From NCBI GenBank assembly GCA_008632985.1, contig QPGO01000017.1:434001-498000 (forward strand): a DNA stretch of 64,000 bases, read 5' to 3'. This DNA is from Psammoneis japonica (taxonomy: Eukaryota). This document shows, piece by piece, positions 50,701 through 62,259 of this stretch (its first letter is position 1; each line of letters starts with the position of its first letter). A program made the translations under genes and the position numbers. Below the pieces are notes generated by a model that ran no database searches, had not been told where the DNA came from, and saw only the letters and a list, made by a program, of their open reading frames with translations.

Positions 50701-53700
50701 GAATGTCGCTCCGTCATTTTTCACTGCAATGAATTTTGTTTCTGAAGATGAGTCAATTTGATCAATGAACCGTCAACTGCTCATCGCTGTCGGGCCTGCT
50801 GCAAGTTGCAAAGCCGCAACGGCAAACGCGTCATTGGTGGTTGGATGGATCCAATCATTGACACTGTCGATTGTCATCTGCATTTCAGGTAGAGTCAGCG
50901 TCTGGATTCTTTGCAAAATCGTTGAATTCCAAGTTGAGCACGCATGATTTCCGAGGATTTGTTGCTGACAACAGCACTCAGCTTGGCATCCCGCAGGATG
51001 GGGACCGTGTGCTTGCCATCTGCATCCTTGGCTTCTTCGTGCAAATCTCTCACACTGAAGGAACCAAAAAGAGGGTCCGGGTCGTTGCCCGGGAGAGCCG
51101 TGGGGAAAGGCCCGCCCAAACCAACAGTGTTGTGAAATTCTTCTTCGTCAGGATTGCCAAACACCCTCTCATGGTGCCCGTCGCTTTCATCGTCGGGCCT
51201 TGTCTTGCGCCAAGCAGGGTGCACCACAGTGACAGAAATGCTGTCTTCCAGCCCCTTTAGAGCCCGCATTGGCAGAGCCGATGAGCCCATGGGCATGCGT
51301 TGGCAACATGCAAATGGCAGCGATTCTTTTCTGGAGGGAATTGAGCTCCTTTCTCTGTCATGCTTCAGTTGCAGCACAGAAGAAAACAGCAAGAAATGGC
51401 TTCTAGAGAGTCAAAGTAACCTCTGTGCAGCATCTTGAGGGATGTCGTCCAGAGTCCAAGTGTGGGTCGAAAACCAAAAGGGAAACACATGCAGTCGCAC
51501 TGTGGTTGCTTCATTTCTGAGATTCAGTTGGCTTGATTTCATCATGCGACACCTCCTCCCAGCCCATCTCTGGTGCTGAATGCAGGGAAGACAATGGAGC
51601 CTGCATGATTTTTGGCACATGGTGGCCATTCGTTGTCAATGGAAGCATCGCGTCCATGGCATCACAATGGACAACATAAAAAAAATGGTGACCAAGGACC
51701 AGCTAAATGCACTCGTCGAAACCAGGTTTTGCACACAAAAATGCTGAAGCTGGCTGCGTGTTTCTGCGTAGATGCAGCGCTGATCGATGACGTCACAGCC
51801 TCCCTCCAACACTGCGTGCAGTCTGCGCGCTGCCTCGAACTTCAACAACCGCAACCGCACAAATCCATTGCCCATGGCCAGACCCTGCACGAGATTCTTG
51901 AGATCCTCATGTTTGAACAACTGCACAGCAAAGACCATCACTTGCTTGAGCAGGCAACAGCTGCAAATGCATGTGACAGTGAGTTTTGTGGCTGTCACTT
52001 GTTTCGAATTACTTCTGTGCAGTTGCCAGCTCATCACGAGCAGGTTGCAACGTTTTGGTGTGACACCACATAGAATCCTGGCACGTTTCTACGCACAAGC
52101 GCATTTTTGCACATTTGGCGCAAAATGAGCCCCAAAAACTCAAAAATGTGCACTGCGCATTTAGCCGGTCCCCAATGGTGACTGAGACTACTTGAGACCG
52201 ACTGAGGACCAGGTTCAAGGTGATGTGAGGCACGGACAGACTTCTTTTCTCAACCTCCCTCGCTCGCTTGCTCTCGCCTCACAAATCGCAAAGTGGCGCA
52301 CGTGGCGTGCTCAAGGCATTTCCCTTTCCCCCCTGACCAGCAACAAGAGCATCCCCCACTCCCACCCCCTGACCAGCAATGAGGTCGCAACAACAAACAA
52401 ATAAAAACACCAAGCTGTCCTGTTGTTTGTCGAATCAAGCACCGTTGATCTTGAGTTGTTTGTTCATCAGAGGGACAAAAGAGGTGGCATGAATCACAGG
52501 TCATCATCCCCCACACTGAGCCATTGTGTGCACGTCTTCATTTGTTGGGTGGACCCCTCACTGATCAATCAACATGGCCACTTGTTGGGATCTCACCTTT
52601 TTCATTTGTTTGCATGTGTCCACATTTGCCCTTCATCTGAGTGTTGCCCACCAACATTGTGGTGTTGTTTTTTGCATTCCAACACTTTGGTTCAACAATT
52701 GACGTGCCCGACCAACACATGTTCATGGATGTCCCAGCATTTTCATTGCATGTTCTCTTTTTTTGTTTGCACTCAGCAACATTTCTAATTTTCCGATCGC
52801 AAGTTGTGCGCTCGATGTGTTCATTTTGTTCGATGGGGCATGGTGCATTTCAGCGGCAGCATGAATGGCGGTGCAATCATGAGCACATGCTGTGTGTGGT
52901 GTTTGCACTGCCAATTTGTTGCTGTGGCCATTCACTGTCTCCTCATTCATCACAAAGGTTGTGTCTGCCAAGGTGCACTCTTCTTCTTGATTTCTGTCAC
53001 TCTCTGTTTTACCTGGCACTGCAAGCATCACTCATGTCACTTTCTCCTCAACTGAGAGTGGCTTCTGCTGGTTTCACTGTTCCCCCCTCCAGCCAGAGTC
53101 AACTCTGGCAGTCACCACTCAAGCTCTTAAGGTCAATGAAACTGTCAGCCCAACAAGATTTGAACAAGAGCCAGACACTCTTGTCCTCTTTCTGCAACCC
53201 AAGCTTGCTGACATCTGTGGGACATGGCAAGCAGAGGCCCGAGTTCCAGCCCAGACCTGGTGCAACACCTTGCCACTGCTGTCCACATGGCAGACAAGTT
53301 TCCATGCAAAGACCATCGCAGGTGCCCCCATGGGAAAAGGGGGCCCATGTTCCAGGGTCAGAAGCAGCTTTCAGTCTGGCCACTGGCTGGCTGCAGGCGG
53401 CCAGTCTTTTGCCTGTCACAGCTCATGCCCATGTAAAAAACACATGAACAGCCAAGACACTTGGCCTGTGTGACTTGAACCCAAGCCCACCACTTTGGGA
53501 CACGCGCCAGAATGTGACATTTCAATGCTGCTGACAGATTTTCCATTTCCCGGCCAAGGAACAGAGTCGTCCATTGGCACCACTTGTGCTGCTGAAATTC
53601 ATCACTGCAGACTGTTCACTGTTTCCTTGTTCATCATTTTAAGGTCAACTGCCAAAATTCATTCTTCTTCAACTTCTGTCAGTTTGGCTGCTGTGTGCTG

Positions 53701-54300
53701 CAAAAAAGCACTGCCCCTCTGCCACCCGCCTGCTGCCTCTCTCTTTGGATGCTCCCAGGGCAGGGATCAGCATCAGTCACCATGCAGTGGGTGCAGCACT
53801 TGTCAAAGCATGGTGGCTTTGTTGTGCTCCCAATTTGATGCCAATTTGATGCATTGGTGGCAGTGCACACTCCTGCCAAACACAAAAGAAAGAATTTTGA
53901 CACTCAAGGGATGAGTGCGGAAGAAAGCCAAGCAAACCCAGGTGGTCAAGAACAGTGCTTGTCACCATGCAGCAGAGTGGGGAACATGCCTTACCTCTTC
54001 TCGATTGTGACACAAAAGCTTTTTCGTGAGAGAGCACTTTGCTTTTGCAGCTTCCATTCATGTCATCTGCAGAGCAAAAAGAATCCATCCACCTCAACTG
54101 CTTTTTTGTCTGTACGAAGGGGTGCGTGGTTCTCGAGTTCCGGTGTGTATGCATGGCATGGTGCGGCAACCGGAAACGCACAAAGTGCACGCGCGGAACA
54201 ACAACGACGACGACGGAACGCGATGAGGCAGCGCAGACAGCAGACAGCAGACAGCCACAGCGCAGAACTAACGCAGATCTGAGAGGTGTGGTTGTGCATT
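47760..54300. other. Second TpA-depleted block with decayed gene copies; CpG retained in patches
   Basis: TA is very rare and ORFs are nearly Tyr-free and Cys/His-rich. Contains two diverged copies of one segment (about 47910-48365 and 53150-53550). Confidence 0.85.
50430..51460 (-). pseudogene. Glutathionyl-hydroquinone reductase (YqjG/ECM4-type GST) pseudogene
   Basis: Frameshifted fragments in the correct order: FPPEKNRCHLHVANACPWAHR, RALKGLEDSISVTVVHP, GKHTVPILRD...VVSNKSSEIMR, DWIHPTTN..VCRCGFAT, LFVTLLRFDEVCIVC...REICQTPGVAD. Confidence 0.9.
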
Positions 54301-54337
54301 GAGGTGGGCAGGTGTCTGTCGTTCAGAATAGGCCCAG

Positions 54338-55940
54338 ATGTTACTCTCTATCGCATCAACATTGTCTCGGAGTTCGACAAAACGGTGTTCTTCTCGTTCA
54401 GTTCTGTCGCAAGTAGGGCACAAATGGCTTTCGACCAACGCCGATGATGATGTTCCGGAAGAAACTTCGCCGTCTTCAGCGGAAGCGGCGGAGGCAGACC
54501 CTGAGTCTCTTGACGACATGGAACGTAATCTTCGTCCCTCCGATGTTGTAAAGGAATTAAACAGGCACATTGTGGGTCAGCAGGATGCGAAGCGTGCAGT
54601 TGCGATTGCTATGAGGAACCGATGGAGACGGCGTCAGCTCCCCAAGGAACTCCGCAAGGAAGTGACGCCGCGCAACGTGCTTATGATTGGTCCTACAGGG
54701 TGCGGTAAAACAGAAGTAGCTCGTCGTATGGCTGCACTTGGTGATGCTCCCTTTATCAAGGTGGAGGCTACAAAGTTCACGGAGGTAGGATACCACGGAC
54801 GCGACGTCGATCAAATCATTCGAGACTTGATGGATGTTTCCATGGCTCTCACCAAGAAAAAGCAAACGGAAAAGCTTAAGGATGAAGCGAAAGCCTCAGT
54901 AGAAGAACGAATTCTAGATTTGTTGGTGGGTAGTGCCGAAAACCGAAGCAAGGAGAGCTTCCGCACCTTGTTACGAGACGGTATGATGGAGGATGATGAG
55001 GTCACCGTTGACGTACCCGAAGGAGGCCCTGACAAATCCGGGGGATTCGTCGTGGGAGACAATGGAAATCCCAATATTGCCGCCATGTCCGATCTACTAA
55101 GTCGTATGGCGAGCGGACCTGGAGGAAGAAAGCAGTCCATGGAACGTAGGAAGCTTCCCATCAAGGAAGCTAGAGAAGTGTTGCTCGAGGTTGAGTTGGA
55201 ACGACTTTTGGACAACATTGATTTGAAGAAGGAGGCCATAACAGCGGTTGAAGAGAGTGGGATTGTCTTTATGGATGAAATCGATAAGATTTGTTCCTCA
55301 CGTGACATGATGGGGTCGCGTTCTGCCGATGCGAGTGCTGAGGGCGTTCAGCGTGATTTGCTACCACTTATCGAGGGCACCACAATAAACACAAAGTACG
55401 GAAATGTCAACACCGATTACATTCTTTTTGTTGCTAGCGGAGCATTCCATGCTGTCAAACCGAGTGATATGCTACCAGAGTTACAAGGCAGACTTCCAAT
55501 CCGTGTGGAGTTGAACGGACTTACGGAGGAAGACTTGTACAAAATTCTGACTGAACCGGTAGCCAACGTAAGCCTGTGTTGATATTCTGACATTCATTTT
55601 GAAGCGAGTCTCATGGCGACGCGCATCTTATTAATCTTTTTTCTGTATCCAATAGCTTGTGAAGCAGCAGGTGGAACTGATTGGAACCGAAGGCGTGGCC
55701 CTCAAATTTGAGGACGATGCAATTAGGGAGATTGCTCGAATGGCCGCCGTGTTGAACAAGGACGTGGAAAACATTGGCGCACGTAGACTCCACACTGTCA
55801 TTGAACGCATCATGGAGCATCTTAGTTTCGAGGCGGCGGAGGCGGATGCGAACGACACGCTTGTGGTCAACAAAGCCTTGGTCGAGGAGAGACTGTCGGA
55901 TGTTATTACAAAGACTGACTTGTCTCGATACATTCTTTAG
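54338..55940 (+). CDS. hslU: ATP-dependent protease ATPase subunit HslU (ClpY), probably mitochondrial
   Basis: IVGQQDAKRAVAIA, GPTGCGKTE, KVEATKFTEVGYHGRDV, DEIDKI, GVQRDLLP and ENIGARRL. Ser/Arg-rich presequence; intron at about 55568-55655. Confidence 0.95.
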
Positions 55941-56331
55941 AAAGTCAGACGCAAAGCCGAGTAAAAATATATCATGAACTTAAATTTTCACTACCGACGG
56001 TACGACTTGTGTCGCGTATGGGTTCCAAACTCTAGGTTGTCGTTGCCTCTTTGTCACTGAAAGCACCATTGAGCGTCTTTCATATTTCCAGACCGCTGAG
56101 CATAGTTCTTGTGCTTGTCAGAGCCGTTGTTGAGGAGAGAATTTCGCATGCCGTTACACCCACTGACTTTATACGCATTCTTGAGAAAATCAGATGCAAA
56201 GCCGAGCAGAGACACGGCATCGATGCAATCTTTCAACCGGACAAAGCATTCTTCTCTAGGAGAGAGAGAGAGACGTATCAAGAGAGTGGTCTAGATTACT
56301 GTACAACTACTACCTAGTGGTGCCCAAAATA

Positions 56332-57798
56332 CTAGCTCATATACGGGTCCCAAACCCACAAGTTGGTGAGCCATTTCTCCCCCGTCTGCACTGGGAGAGC
56401 GGCGTGTTGCGATCGTTCGTCTGGGTTACCGTCTGGGAGCAATGAATAAAATAGGACGGCTTTTCCTTTCTCTGGAACGACTTTTAAGGAATCAGGAGTT
56501 TCCGCATTAAGCCACCGAGGAAACGAAGTCTCGCCGCCCGTCATGCCTTCGTTCAAGTAGAGCAGAACCGTAGCAAATCTCATTGTCTGATCTGGATCAT
56601 GTGCTGGCGGAACACTAAAGTCGTGATGTGGCGTATACTGTTCTGTTGGCTTGTAATGAACCAACTGAAGAGTTTCAGAGATGCTAAGCAGCGTTTTTGA
56701 TGGACCATAGGGCACTTCATCGTATGACTGGCGACGTCTCAATAACGCCTCATCAATGCGCAAGACATTTGCGGCTCGACGATAGATTGCATCAATGATT
56801 GGAGATTTCTCTCGCGGTACCCAAGAGTTGTGAGACGTGCGTGTTGCCGAATCTGTTCGAGCCTCCCCACCTTCACTTGCCCGTGTAGTAGACAAGGACA
56901 ACTTCATTCCGGTAGCAAGCTCCATGAAGTGATCCACTTCAACATCCGAGAGGAAGTTTTTGATCTCGAAAGCACGCGGAGAACAAGACAATACTTTCAT
57001 TTGAAACGACTGTTTTGGCTCGGGCGAACGGTACTCTGCGAGTTGACGAGAACCCAACTCTTTTGATTTCGCAGCCGTGTATTGCTTCAACTTGTCCTGG
57101 GGCGGCAGTGATACAAAGTGAGTTTCTTCCGTTTCTATTGTATGGGTTTGACCAAAGTAATCTGCACGCCACATAAAGTGCGTTGGCGGTTGTTGGTACG
57201 GATACAGGGCGATCCACTCTCGTCCAGTTGTCTTTCGGTATGCTTCAGCGAAGAGCAGATTATCCTTGTGCAGCTTGTACATTTCCATCTCCTCATTTGT
57301 CAATTGATTCAAGTTGTTTTCGTCTGAAGGATCGTCTTCGATCGGGTCATACACCATGACTTGTTCATCCGGTTGAACGGTCCATCGCTTCAGAATTTTT
57401 TCAGGCTCATTTCTGGGCGTCAATACGAATCTGTGCCCAGGATATGTCGCCGTTGCTGCAGCTTCAAACGGCCCAATGTCGGAAATATACGTCTTTTGTT
57501 TTCCTCCGTCCCAATACAGCCTCGTCGGATTCGGCGTCAAGTTGATCCACTTTCCAAATTGACCACGAAAGTTTGGCTTGACTGCTGTACGAGTCCCTGG
57601 TGTTTCGTTGTAAAAGGTGCTTACATCCGGCTGTACATATGCCCAGAACGTGACGTTGCCGCCGCTCAGCTCGACCGACATGGTTTCAAACGAAGCGTCG
57701 TGACATATTCCGCCATCGTCGAGCCAGGCGCACGTCTCTTCGTTCGCTAGTATGCACGGAACAAAGAACAACCCTATGATAATTAACGGTAGCAACAT
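56332..57798 (-). CDS. Prolyl 4-hydroxylase alpha-type 2OG-Fe(II) dioxygenase with signal peptide
   Basis: LSCSPRAFEIKNFLS, RTS, LQLVHY...YTPHHDF, RFATVLLYLN..GGETSFP and HAALPV..GEKW. Confidence 0.9.
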   Translation of the reverse strand: MLLPLIIIGLFFVPCILANEETCAWLDDGGICHDASFETMSVELSGGNVTFWAYVQPDVSTFYNETPGTRTAVKPNFRGQFGKWINLTPNPTRLYWDGGKQKTYISDIGPFEAAATATYPGHRFVLTPRNEPEKILKRWTVQPDEQVMVYDPIEDDPSDENNLNQLTNEEMEMYKLHKDNLLFAEAYRKTTGREWIALYPYQQPPTHFMWRADYFGQTHTIETEETHFVSLPPQDKLKQYTAAKSKELGSRQLAEYRSPEPKQSFQMKVLSCSPRAFEIKNFLSDVEVDHFMELATGMKLSLSTTRASEGGEARTDSATRTSHNSWVPREKSPIIDAIYRRAANVLRIDEALLRRRQSYDEVPYGPSKTLLSISETLQLVHYKPTEQYTPHHDFSVPPAHDPDQTMRFATVLLYLNEGMTGGETSFPRWLNAETPDSLKVVPEKGKAVLFYSLLPDGNPDERSQHAALPVQTGEKWLTNLWVWDPYMS

Positions 57799-58117
57799 TG
57801 TTTATCTGTCTTGTATATCTCCTTCTCACTTTCGAGACGCTTCTCCGAGAGAGAGAGAAATGGGCAGAGTATGTAGTTGTTATCGTTGTGTCACATCGCG
57901 AAGCGTGAAGATCTTGGGCTACGTAGAAATACGTAGAAACAATACGATATCTTTTCCTCACGAAAAGCACGAGCACGAGCGCACCTCGCACCTGCACGCA
58001 TGCATCATCGCACTGTTATCGTCATTGCATCGATCGATCATTGAGGGAATCAATCTCATCTCGCATTAACACTTCCCTTTCTTTCCTCATTGTCCTTTAT
58101 CAACAAGCTACAGAGCC

Positions 58118-58913
58118 ATGGCGCCGTCAAATAATATCTTCTTCACTTATGAAAACTTCGCCTTGTCGCTCCCGCTGTTTGCGGTCTGCGGCACCTATGT
58201 GAGTATATGCGGCAGTCTCGCTTTGGAGACGTTGCTTTCGTTCGCGTATGTACAGTACAGAGAATCGGCAAACAGGAAAAGACACTGGGTCTCAGGAGCG
58301 GAAAGTTACAGAGCTTGACAAGAAGATGGTGCACGTCAACATGCTGCGCACATCGCGACTCCTGGCCACACCACGAAGTAACACTTGAATACTTCTTTTC
58401 TTACCACTACACATGTGCGAGAGCAGCCTATGCATTGCATCTCACCTTTTCTTTTACGCCTACACGAAAACAGGCTTATTTCAAATTCATTCCTCTGGAG
58501 GTTGGCGTGCCAATCCTTGCCGTGCTTTTTGGTTTGTTCAAGATCCACTCGTTGCTCCAGTCTCGTAAGTGCTATTTACTTTACCTTGGAATCCTCACTT
58601 TATCGAGAAAGTGATGTTGCCTGTTTTTCTGACATTTATGCAAAAACTACCCATAGGTCGATCGGAAAAGCTACAGAACCTCGACGAGTCCATGGTTCGT
58701 GATCTTGCTGGAGATGAAGACGAAGTGCGCGCAAAAAAGGAAGCGTCCAAAGCAGCAAAGAAACAAAGCAAACGAAACCAGGAATTGAGGCAAAGGCTTG
58801 CAAACGAGAGGAAAAGTAATAACGGCACCAAAGGCGCCAAAGAAGAGGAGGAAGAGGACGACGATGCATTGCACGTGTTTGCAAACAAAAGCAAGGGAAC
58901 AAAAAAGAAATAG
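58118..58913 (+). CDS. Hypothetical small spliced protein, hydrophobic N-terminal part and charged C-terminus
   Basis: ATG at 58118 and GTGAGT/GTAAGT donors at about 58199 and 58565. Lys/Glu-rich final exon ends at 58913. Confidence 0.5.
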
Positions 58914-59289
58914 TTGGCGCAACGTTACCTGCTGGCACCTGGCTGTCATCAATGATGGTACTGTGCTCATACCGGTATAAGATAAACTGAAGACTGACGG
59001 GCTTTGTCAAATAAGGTTTCTTCATTGAAAGATGCAGGTGTGGTTATTTGAAGGTGTATACGAACATTGACATGATAAATAGGCTTCCTTTCCCGCGTTT
59101 GTTAGAAAGATGCTGTAATTATATGATTCACTCTAGTCTACTGTAGAAGGTGAGAAGCTGTCGAAGTTGCTCCCCAGAAGAGTTAGATGGAGTGATCGCC
59201 CTGTTATTCAAAGTCTCGTTCCGTCTAGAGCTAGGGGAGTTTCGTTTGTAATACAATTCTGTTGAGTCGGACACACTGCTGGTAGAGAT

Positions 59290-60950
59290 TGTTTGTGTCT
59301 GCTGTGGCGGTTTGCATCGATCTGATGGTGCAATGGCTGTCGCGCCGTGTCCATTGGGAACTTTTCCAACACAGGTTCTTACACATCTTGGTCCACTGAC
59401 CAGATCCACACAACATGGTTTGTTCACATGTCCCACATCCTCCGTTTGAGAACGAGTGGGAGACATTCCCAGAGGAGCCACAATGGCCATGCCAGTTCCA
59501 ACAAACTTGATTGATGTGCATCCATTGGGTCAACTCAAAGCACTCTGTCAGTGAGATTTTCTCCATCTCGTCTTCAAAAAGCTCCCAAATCATCACAGTT
59601 TTGTCTGTGTTGATGGCTGCAATGGCATCTCCACAACAAACATTGGCTTTTCCCAAATGGGGCTCTTTGGCTGCTGAACCACCACAAGATCTATCTTAAG
59701 AAATTTGGCACAAAAATCTTGCAGTTTTGACTTCCTTCCAAGTTGGTCTCATTGATTTGGGGAGTTCCATGGTTGTTTGCATTGGGCTGCCACAGTGTCA
59801 ATGTGATTTTTCACACATGCAAAACAAGAAGCCACCACAATGGACAATCTGAACAATGTGACGAATTGGCTGGCTCGTTTGTCCTTTTTCTATTTTGTGT
59901 GCCACCAGGCTTCCAAAACAGCATCAGCTCACATGTTCCTGATGCAAGCCCAGAACATTTGTTTGGGTGTGGGAGAAGGTGCACTCCAAAGAGCAGCAAA
60001 ATCTCAAGGAGCGGTTTGAGGTGGTGGGTCTGGAGAAGAAGAGGGGAGGAAATCAAAAAGCTTTGATGGCTCTGAAAGATCAGACGAAGATGTGGGTTGG
60101 GAGCAACAACATGAATTGCAAGGAGCCAACATTCCAGTCAAGGCACACAAGCCAATTTTGAGACCAAGATGGAGCAGCTTGAGATTTGTGAAAAGAAAGC
60201 CAAAACAAAAGCTTGCTCAAAGGATGGGAGGCTGGCACATCAGAAGTGAGGAGCTTGATCTGGCTGATGAGGCCAAACAGAAGACTGTGTGAAGTGCCTT
60301 TGCAGAGCACATTGATGAGTTTTTAATGTGCTTGTGTGGAGGAGACCATGGGAAATGGAGAAGAAGATGAACAAACACAAGATCAAGGAGCTCAGCAAGA
60401 CTGTGCTCCCCAGCTGCTTCAAGCCCCATGTCAACAACAAGGTGAAGGGCACCACATGTGTGTCTTGCAAACGATGATTGACTTGACATTGAGCCATGGT
60501 TGACAACCTTGAGGAAGATGTCAGCCTGGTGCCAACCAAGCACCAGCCTTGCCTGTGCATGCTGTGCAGCGCTGCACAGCTTGCCACTTCCTGAAGTGCT
60601 GCTTTTGGCACCCTCTGTGCTCCAGGAAAGCAACAGGAGGCACAACATGCTGGGACACAGAAAATTGACCACAAAGGCAAGTTGGCCACTTCTTCGTTTC
60701 ACGTGTGGAAAGCACAGCAAATGTTTTTCTGATTCAGACAGTGCGCTTCAATCTGTCTGCAGCTGATCGGACACGTGCACAAGAAGCAACAAAATGGCAA
60801 AACCTCTTGTCACCTGCATTGTTTGCACGCAAACTGTGATCTGTTTCTTGCTTTGTTCAGCTTACTGCAAATCATTTGTGGCCGATCTACGAGTTGCCAG
60901 CATGCTCAGCAAGAACAGCTTTATTAGCAACAGCAGTTGCTCTGCTGGCA
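59290..60950. other. Third TpA/CpG-depleted block
   Basis: Same composition as 13.3-24.95 kb, flanked by normal DNA. Confidence 0.8.
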
Positions 60951-61249
60951 CGTGTAGACCGACGGACAGATTTTCCCATTATCGTCGCGTCTGTGCATCC
61001 ATCCACACTATAGCAATAAATATATCGATTAACGAAGTTCCACAATGCAAAAGACTGCAACGTACAATTTCTACTTGGCGCTACATACGGTAACCTTACA
61101 GGAACTCAGTACTCGCCAATTCGACATTCTAACGGTCACTTTTTCGCAACAAACGGAAAACAAGAGAAACTAGGTACATTCTCACAAGTAAGAGTGTTAT
61201 AACACATCCCTTTTATTCATAGTATAAAAAAGAAAACAGATCTGTCATA

Positions 61250-62152
61250 ATGGGAGACTCTGCCGATTGGAAGGTTGGGGCGAGGGTGACCCTCATCGAA
61301 GGAACAACATACGAACATCTTGTCGGGAGTATTGAGAAAGCTACAGCCAAAACCTTGCTGATCGATCTCGATGGGAAGGATGGACCTCCTGTTCGAGTTC
61401 ACAAGTCGAGCGCCAGGCTCCTCATGACGCATAAAGTGAAGAAAAGGCGAGAATCTGTTGGTGCACGAAAGAACGAAACGAACCCCGTTGACAAGGGCTC
61501 AATCGCAGACGAAGTTCCATCCTTATTGAACCCAACGAACAACGATATCGACACAGATGCCAAGGAAACAACGATGTTTGAGCCCACGATGAGCCCCGTT
61601 CAAGTGATCAAAGGTGTTCACGAAGGCAAGCATGGTGTTGTCGAAAAGGAAACGGACAAAACGGTGACTATAAATTGCCAGGGAGAGCGATTTCGAATCC
61701 TGAAGTCCAGCGTGAAGAAGCGGCCAGCGCATCGAGTGTCATTTGCTTTGCCAGAAATGTCTCCTCAAATGAAGCAGCTCAAGACTACACCGACGGACGT
61801 CCCTTCCAGTGAATTGCGTCCTGTCAAGCTCTTTGGAGGAGAAAGGAGGAAGTCTCTGGAAAGCGTCTTGAAAACTACCAGCGAGAGTGTTCAGCGCAAA
61901 AGACTCACCACCATGTCTATTGCAGTGTTGTTGGTTGCAGTTTTCATGGCTGGGAAGCTCTTTGTAGCCAGTGAGGCGGGGTTTGATCTTGGTGACTATG
62001 CATCAGCTACTACTGATTTGATCTCCACCCACAGCACACAAGTTTTCGAGAACGCGACGTCGATCATGGCCAATGCAAGTCATGGAATACAAAAGATTGT
62101 CAAAGAAGCTGTGTCCATGAACTGGGTTCCTGTGCACTTTCAGGGAGCTTAG
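61250..62152 (+). CDS. Hypothetical protein with two KOW-like motifs and one transmembrane helix
   Basis: RVTLIEGTTYEHLVGSIEK and VQVIKGVHEGKHGVVEKET; hydrophobic IAVLLVAVFMAGKLFV. Confidence 0.6.
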   Translation: MGDSADWKVGARVTLIEGTTYEHLVGSIEKATAKTLLIDLDGKDGPPVRVHKSSARLLMTHKVKKRRESVGARKNETNPVDKGSIADEVPSLLNPTNNDIDTDAKETTMFEPTMSPVQVIKGVHEGKHGVVEKETDKTVTINCQGERFRILKSSVKKRPAHRVSFALPEMSPQMKQLKTTPTDVPSSELRPVKLFGGERRKSLESVLKTTSESVQRKRLTTMSIAVLLVAVFMAGKLFVASEAGFDLGDYASATTDLISTHSTQVFENATSIMANASHGIQKIVKEAVSMNWVPVHFQGA

Positions 62153-62259
62153 GGGTCTTTGTTAAGTTTTGGAACTGATGACGTCGAAACGGGTCGCACG
62201 ACTTCGCTATACCATAAGTTGAAAGTAGTTGAGTTTTGTACTGTAAGAATATTTGTTTA

